Shown one piece after another: positions 58,435 through 64,000 of a stretch of DNA of 64,000 nt (positions are counted from its first letter, which is position 1; each line of letters begins with the position of its first letter). The translations under genes and the position numbers were made by a program. The notes beneath the pieces were generated by a model that was not told the origin of the DNA, did not search any database, and saw only the letters and a program-made list of their open reading frames with translations. Source of the DNA: Spirochaetia bacterium (GTDB taxonomy: Bacteria > Spirochaetota > Spirochaetia > CAKZLE01); contig OY782041.1 in the NCBI GenBank assembly GCA_963677595.1, positions 2,080,001 to 2,144,000 on the forward strand. The letters run 5' to 3'.

Positions 58435-58902
58435 ATGCGCATGAAACAGTCTCCGCAGTTCACACGGATACAGGAACAGATGAGACCGGGGGTGATCACC
58501 CTCGAGGGATTCCTCGGGACCGATGAGAGGAACCTGATAGATATCCTCGTCGAGGATGACGGGACCGTCAGGCGAAACGGCCTGAGCCATGAGAAGATCG
58601 CTTCCCGTATGCAGTACTTCCGGGACAAGGGCCTCGACGGGCTCGGGGAGTTCCTCTCCGTCGATGACCACTTCGCCGTGCGGGTCGACTCCGTCCGGGG
58701 CAAGCTCCCATCCCCCTTCGGTGGGCCCGGCATGTACGAGAAGGTCAATACCACGGTGAGGAACCTGAAGAAGGATATCGAGGTCACCTATACCGACATG
58801 CATATCCACTTCGTGCGTGACCACGGGTTCTACGAGGGGAAGGGGTCGACCTTCCGGCTGGAGCCGGAACGGCTCATAGAGACCTTGGAAGTACCCCTGT
58901 AA
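58435..58902 (+). CDS. Hypothetical protein at end of nqr operon
   Basis: RBS AGGAGG overlaps the nqrF stop; typical codon usage; GFLG and HGFYEGKGS motifs. Confidence 0.75.
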   Translation: MRMKQSPQFTRIQEQMRPGVITLEGFLGTDERNLIDILVEDDGTVRRNGLSHEKIASRMQYFRDKGLDGLGEFLSVDDHFAVRVDSVRGKLPSPFGGPGMYEKVNTTVRNLKKDIEVTYTDMHIHFVRDHGFYEGKGSTFRLEPERLIETLEVPL

Positions 58903-59033
58903 CGAGTCTATTCCGTGTGAAGGTCACTATAGTAAACTCTGTTCAATATATGCAATCACCTGTATTTTCCTTGTATTATTATACAATCTGTATCATAATG
59001 TAAAGAAATACATATTTATTAGAGGTGGTTGAG

Positions 59034-60692
59034 ATGAAAAAAGCACTTGCATTCTTTGTTGTGCTGGCACTGCTCGTGTCCCTTTCAGTTTTTACTGGCT
59101 GCGCTAAGGAAGAAGCTCCTGCAGCAGCTGAGAAAGAGACCGTTACAGAGACTCCAGTCGTGAAAGAGGCTGAGAAAGTTGATCCAGATGCCGAGAAGAT
59201 GGGCGGCGTCCTCGTCTTCGGGCGGTCAGGCGATTCCGTAGGCCTGGATCCCGGTCGTGAGACTGACGGGGAATCCTTCTACGGGTCTACCGCGGTCTTC
59301 GATACCCTCGTGGAGTTCGTTCCTGGGGAGACAGCCGTGAAACCTGCACTGGCTGAGAGCTGGGACGTGTCAGACGATGGGCTGACCTATACCTTCCATC
59401 TTCGATCCGGCGTCAAGTTCCATGACGGGACACCGTTCAACGCTGACGCTGTCGTGTTCTCCTTTGAGAGACAGTTCATTGAGGATCATCCCTACTACGA
59501 TCTCGGACCGTGGAAGTACTGGGGCTACATGGATATGGATAATATCCTGGAATCGGTCACCGCTGTCGACGACCTGACTGTCGCATTCAAGCTGAAGAAG
59601 CTCGAGGCTCCCTTTATCGCCAACCTTGCGATGGATTTCGCTTCCATCGTATCCCCGACGGCAGTCGCCAAATACGGGGAAGACTTCCAGAACAACCCGG
59701 TCGGTACCGGCGCCTTCAAGTTCGTATCCTGGACAAAGGACTCCGAGATCGTCTTCGAGAAGAATGCTGACTACTGGGACGGACCGGTCTACCTTGACCG
59801 CCTGATCCTCAAGGTCATCCCGGATGCTACCGCCAGGTGGCTTGCCCTCCAGAAGGGCGAGGTCGACCTGATCGACTTCCCATCAACTGAGGATATACCT
59901 GACATGAAGGCTGCTGCCGACATCCAGGTCATCCAGCAGCCGGGACTCAATGTCGGGTACCTTGCGCTCAATACCGAGAAGAAGCCGTTCGACAGCAAGC
60001 TGGTCCGACAGGCCATGAACTACGCCATCAACAAGGACGAGATCATCGCAGGTGTCTACGGGGAAGCCGGACAGGCTGCGAAGAACCCGCTGCCGCCGAC
60101 CATGTGGTCCTACAACGATGATATAACGGCATACCCCTACGATCCCGCTAAGGCCAAGGAACTGCTGGCAGAGGCAGGCTACGCGAACGGGTTCGAGATG
60201 GAACTCTGGGCAATGCCTGTTGCACGGCCCTACAACCCGAATGCCCGGAAGATCGCTGAGATCATGCAGGCACAGCTTGCCGATGTCGGCATCACTGCCG
60301 AGATTGTCTCCTATGAGTGGGGCACCTACCTCGACAAGCTCGACTATGGCGAGCACCATGCAGCCATGCTCGGGTGGACCGGTGACAACGGTGACCCGGA
60401 CAACTTCCTCTGGGTACTGCTCTCTGAACCCGCAGCGATCCCGCCGGCAGGGAATATCGCTATGTGGAAGAATACTGAGTTCACCGACCTCTGTCGTGAG
60501 GCCAAGGAGACCGCTGACCAGGCAACCCGTGACAGCCTCTACCGACAGGCACAGGTCGTCTTCCACGAGGAAGCTCCCTGGGTACCGATCGCACACTCAG
60601 TCGTGACGGTCCCTGCTAAGGACTATGTTCAGGACTTCGTGATCTACCCGACCGGGAAGCGTGTCTTCAAGCACGTCTGGATCGAGAAATAG
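59034..60692 (+). CDS. dppA: Dipeptide/oligopeptide ABC substrate-binding lipoprotein
   Basis: Lipobox FTGC; [43 protein letters not shown]. Confidence 0.92.
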   Translation: MKKALAFFVVLALLVSLSVFTGCAKEEAPAAAEKETVTETPVVKEAEKVDPDAEKMGGVLVFGRSGDSVGLDPGRETDGESFYGSTAVFDTLVEFVPGETAVKPALAESWDVSDDGLTYTFHLRSGVKFHDGTPFNADAVVFSFERQFIEDHPYYDLGPWKYWGYMDMDNILESVTAVDDLTVAFKLKKLEAPFIANLAMDFASIVSPTAVAKYGEDFQNNPVGTGAFKFVSWTKDSEIVFEKNADYWDGPVYLDRLILKVIPDATARWLALQKGEVDLIDFPSTEDIPDMKAAADIQVIQQPGLNVGYLALNTEKKPFDSKLVRQAMNYAINKDEIIAGVYGEAGQAAKNPLPPTMWSYNDDITAYPYDPAKAKELLAEAGYANGFEMELWAMPVARPYNPNARKIAEIMQAQLADVGITAEIVSYEWGTYLDKLDYGEHHAAMLGWTGDNGDPDNFLWVLLSEPAAIPPAGNIAMWKNTEFTDLCREAKETADQATRDSLYRQAQVVFHEEAPWVPIAHSVVTVPAKDYVQDFVIYPTGKRVFKHVWIEK

Positions 60693-60713
60693 TCACATCT
60701 TACGAAAATCCAT

Positions 60714-60747
60714 GTACAGCCACTTTTGATCAAGAAAGTGGCTGTAC
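60714..60747 (+). terminator. Intercistronic stem-loop between dppA and dppB
   Basis: 13-bp stem GTACAGCCACTTT/AAAGTGGCTGTAC. Confidence 0.65.
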
Positions 60748-60774
60748 TGTACTTTGCTGCAAACAGGAAACCAT

Positions 60775-61791
60775 ATGTTTAAATATATTCTGAAACGGCT
60801 TCTCCTGCTCATACCCACCCTGTTCGGGGTCATCACCCTGGTGTTCTTCATGATCGCCCTTGCACCGGGAGACCCGGCGAGGGTCATGCTCGGGGAACGG
60901 GCCAGTGCGGAGCAGATCGAACAGCTCCGTGCAGAACTCGGGCTCGACAAGCCCCTGATCCAGCAGTACGGACTCTACCTTTCGAGAGTAGCACGGCTGG
61001 ACCTGGGGAAATCCATCACCTCGGGGCAGAGGATCAAGGATGAGATCTCCGAGCGGTTCCCGGCAACGATCGAGCTGGCCATCTGGGCCATGATCTTCGC
61101 CTCGGTGGCGGGTATCATTGTCGGGGTCACCTCCGCGAGGAGGCGCAACTCCTGGGTTGATTACACCGCCATGGGGGGCTCCCTCGTGGGGGTCTCCATG
61201 CCCGTCTTCTGGCTCGGGCTCGTGCTCATCATGGTCTTCTCAGTCTGGCTTGACCTGCTACCCACCGGCGGCAGGATGAACGTCAGGTACTACTTCAAGC
61301 CGATCACCAACTTCTACGTCATCGACGGGGTCATCCTCTGGTTCCGGGAGGGTACGCCGCAGTACCTCGTCTCCGCGCTCCAGCACCTGATCCTGCCGAC
61401 GATCGCCCTCGGGACGATCCCCCTGGCGATCATCGCCCGTACGACCCGCAGCAGCATGCTCGAGGTCCTGCAGCAGGACTATGTCAAGACTGCCCGGTCC
61501 GCAGGTATAAAAGAACGCAGGGTCGTCTACCGGTATGCGCTGCGTAATGCCCTGCTCCCGGTCGTCACGATCATCGGGCTCCAGTTCGGGCTCCTGCTCT
61601 CAGGGGCGATCCTCACCGAGACCGTCTTCTCCTGGCCGGGCATCGGAAAGTGGATCTACGTGGCAATAGGAGCCAGGGATTATCCTGCCGTACAGGGCGG
61701 GATCATCTTCATCTCGACCTTCTTCGTGCTGATCAACCTGGCAGTGGATATCCTCTACTCGGTGATCAACCCGAAGATCAGGATGCAGTAG
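60775..61791 (+). CDS. dppB: Peptide ABC permease
   Basis: PGDPA, EAA-like loop DYVKTARSAG, ETVFSWPGIG. Confidence 0.92.
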   Translation: MFKYILKRLLLLIPTLFGVITLVFFMIALAPGDPARVMLGERASAEQIEQLRAELGLDKPLIQQYGLYLSRVARLDLGKSITSGQRIKDEISERFPATIELAIWAMIFASVAGIIVGVTSARRRNSWVDYTAMGGSLVGVSMPVFWLGLVLIMVFSVWLDLLPTGGRMNVRYYFKPITNFYVIDGVILWFREGTPQYLVSALQHLILPTIALGTIPLAIIARTTRSSMLEVLQQDYVKTARSAGIKERRVVYRYALRNALLPVVTIIGLQFGLLLSGAILTETVFSWPGIGKWIYVAIGARDYPAVQGGIIFISTFFVLINLAVDILYSVINPKIRMQ

Positions 61792-61802
61792 GGGAGGCTG
61801 AC

Positions 61803-62675
61803 ATGGAAGTAGAACGTATTGAGATCAAAGAACCTACCCCCTGGCAGGAGACCTGGTATAACCTGAAGAAGAACAAGGGGGCGATGACCGGACTTGCCAT
61901 CATCGTCTTCTTCATCCTCATTGCTCTATTCGCCCCGGTGATTGCACCGCACGATCCCCTGGAGCAGACGATCGAACTGCGGAAGAGCCCGCCGATGACC
62001 AACGGGTACATCCTCGGCTCGGATGACCTCGGGCGGGACATGCTCTCGCGCCTCATCTACGGAGCCCAGATTTCGATGACGATCGGCGTCGTCTCGGTCG
62101 GCATATCGCTGGTGCTCGGGCTGGTGATCGGGGTCATCTCCGCCTACTTCGGCGGCATGCTCGACAAGGTCATCATGCGCATCATCGACATCATGCTCGC
62201 CTTCCCCTACATCCTGCTGACGATCGTCATCGTGGCGATCCTCGGGCCCTCGCTCATCAACGCGATGGTGGCGATCGGCATCTCCCAGGTGCCGCGCTAC
62301 GCCCGTCTCGTACGTGCGTCGGTCCTGGCGGAGAAGGAGAATGACTACGTCCTGGCAGAGCGTGCACTCGGGGCGGGGGACATGGAACTGATGTTCCTGA
62401 CCATCCTCCCGAACTGCCTCTCCGCGACCATCGTCCAGTCCACCCTCGGGATCGGGGAGGCCATCCTGAGCTCTGCGGGGCTCTCCTTCCTCGGGCTCGG
62501 GGCGCAGCCGCCGACACCGGAATGGGGCCTGATGATCGCGAGTTCCAAGGAGTTCATCACCAATGCCTGGTGGATCGTGACCCTGCCCGGGCTGGCCATC
62601 CTGCTCGCGGTCCTTGGATTCAACCTGCTCGGTGACGGGCTGCGGGACATCCTGGACCCGAAGATGAGGAGCTGA
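61803..62675 (+). CDS. dppC: Peptide ABC permease
   Basis: LGSDDLGRD, LSFLGLG, GDGLRD. Confidence 0.92.
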   Translation: MEVERIEIKEPTPWQETWYNLKKNKGAMTGLAIIVFFILIALFAPVIAPHDPLEQTIELRKSPPMTNGYILGSDDLGRDMLSRLIYGAQISMTIGVVSVGISLVLGLVIGVISAYFGGMLDKVIMRIIDIMLAFPYILLTIVIVAILGPSLINAMVAIGISQVPRYARLVRASVLAEKENDYVLAERALGAGDMELMFLTILPNCLSATIVQSTLGIGEAILSSAGLSFLGLGAQPPTPEWGLMIASSKEFITNAWWIVTLPGLAILLAVLGFNLLGDGLRDILDPKMRS

Positions 62676-62676
62676 C

Positions 62677-63684
62677 ATGAGTGAAGACAGACATACACCG
62701 GACGAGGTCCTGGTCTCGATAGAGCACCTCGATTTCAATTTCGACATCCAGCGCGGTATGGTGCAGGCAGTACGGGACCTTTCGCTCACCATCCGGAAGG
62801 GTGAGACGCTCACCCTCGTCGGGGAGTCCGGCTGCGGGAAGTCGGTGACCGCCCATGCGATCAACCAGCTGAACCCGATGCCGCCCGGCAAGGTCGCCGG
62901 CGGGAAGATCTTCTTCCGGGGCAGGGACCTTCTCTCCCTCCCGAAGAGCGAGATCGAGGCCTTGCGCGGTACCCAGATCTCGATGATCTTCCAGGAGCCG
63001 ATGACGGCCTTGAACCCGGTGTTTACCATCGGGTCCCAGATCGCCGATGTCTATATGACCCATCAGGGTATAAGTAAAAAAGAGGGGCTCGCCAAGGCCG
63101 TGGAACTGCTCGAGCTTGTGAAGATCCCCTCACCTGAGGAGCGTATCCACAGCTACCCGCACCAGCTCTCGGGCGGGATGCGGCAGCGTGCCATGATCGC
63201 CATGGCCCTTGCCTCACCTGAGCCGGGACTCATGATCGCCGACGAACCGACGACGGCCCTTGATGTGACCATCCAGGCCCAGATCCTCGACCTGCTCAAC
63301 GACCTCAAGGAGCGGATCGGCATGTCGATCCTCCTGATCACCCATGACATGGGGGTCGTATCAGAGATGGCAGACCGGGTCGTGGTCATGTATGCCGGGA
63401 GGAAGGTGGAGGAAGCCGATGTCTTCTCGATCTTCGAGGAGCCGAGGCACCCCTATACCCTGGGACTGCTCAACTCGCTTCCTTCCAACCCGAAATACCG
63501 GGGGGCTGCCCGGCTGGAAGCCATAGGCGGGACGGTCCCGGACCTGCTTACGATCGGGGAGGGGTGTCCCTTCGCGAACCGCTGCAGCAGGGTTACCGAA
63601 GAGTGTCTCAGCAGGTTCCCCGGAGAGAGTGTGATCAACGGGGACCATTCCGTATGGTGTCACCATTACAACGAGGGAGAATAG
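62677..63684 (+). CDS. dppD: Peptide ABC ATPase
   Basis: [23 protein letters not shown]-terminal CPFANRC. Confidence 0.92.
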   Translation: MSEDRHTPDEVLVSIEHLDFNFDIQRGMVQAVRDLSLTIRKGETLTLVGESGCGKSVTAHAINQLNPMPPGKVAGGKIFFRGRDLLSLPKSEIEALRGTQISMIFQEPMTALNPVFTIGSQIADVYMTHQGISKKEGLAKAVELLELVKIPSPEERIHSYPHQLSGGMRQRAMIAMALASPEPGLMIADEPTTALDVTIQAQILDLLNDLKERIGMSILLITHDMGVVSEMADRVVVMYAGRKVEEADVFSIFEEPRHPYTLGLLNSLPSNPKYRGAARLEAIGGTVPDLLTIGEGCPFANRCSRVTEECLSRFPGESVINGDHSVWCHHYNEGE

Positions 63685-63686
63685 GA

Positions 63687-64000
63687 GTGTTTGAAGCTAA
63701 TAAGAAGATAGTTGAGGCGACAGACCTCGTTAAGTACTTTACCGTCACCGCACAGGGCGCGAGTGAGCAGAAGCAGGTAGTGCGTGCCGTGGACGGGGTC
63801 TCGTTCGAGATCGACGAGGGGGAGATCCTCGGTGTCGTGGGTGAGTCCGGCTGCGGGAAATCGACCCTGGGAAAGACCGTCCTCCGTCTCCATGAGAAGA
63901 CTTCCGGGGATGTGCGCTACCGGGGCAGGGATCTCTTCGCCATGAAGGGGGCTGAGTTCAAGGAGATGAGCCGTTATATGCAGATGATCTTCCAGGACCC
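63687..64000 (+). CDS. dppF: Peptide ABC ATPase, 3'-truncated by window edge
   Basis: Read from the sequence: GTG start, [18 protein letters not shown], ends QMIFQD at the edge. Confidence 0.88.
   Translation, partial: MFEANKKIVEATDLVKYFTVTAQGASEQKQVVRAVDGVSFEIDEGEILGVVGESGCGKSTLGKTVLRLHEKTSGDVRYRGRDLFAMKGAEFKEMSRYMQMIFQD

Noticed and set aside
58971-58986. TTGTAT-N4-ATACAA palindrome upstream of dppA
   Set aside because: Plausible operator, but a single copy in AT-rich DNA with no regulator nearby.
61650-61802. Upstream extension of dppC ORF
   Set aside because: Overlaps dppB; RBS GGAGG supports ATG at 61803.

Overview
Chromosomal window, about 55-60% GC by eye, from an anaerobic bacterium. 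Gene content and protein styles suggest a free-living spirochaete (Spirochaetia); this is inference only. No rRNA, tRNA, CRISPR array, prophage or transposase was seen. Housekeeping content: RNB ribonuclease, feoAAB with a DtxR-family regulator, two glutamate dehydrogenases, an ars module, aceE-aceF-lpdA, xylBA with AraC, parEC, class II ribonucleotide reductase with NrdR boxes, and a dpp ABC transporter. Best candidates for uncharacterised systems: (1) a lamin-tail/CotH-kinase surface operon meeting a VTC-like polyphosphate polymerase + DUF4956 operon tail-to-tail; (2) a receiver-receiver-ATP-grasp-histidine 'dikinase' with no PEP-binding barrel, divergent from gdh; (3) an nqrBCDEF operon with no nqrA, followed by an unknown gene; (4) several unexplained operator arrays, including an 11-bp-periodic repeat, TAGCATATGC boxes and tandem DtxR-like boxes. 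All calls come from motif recognition by eye; no database searches were run.
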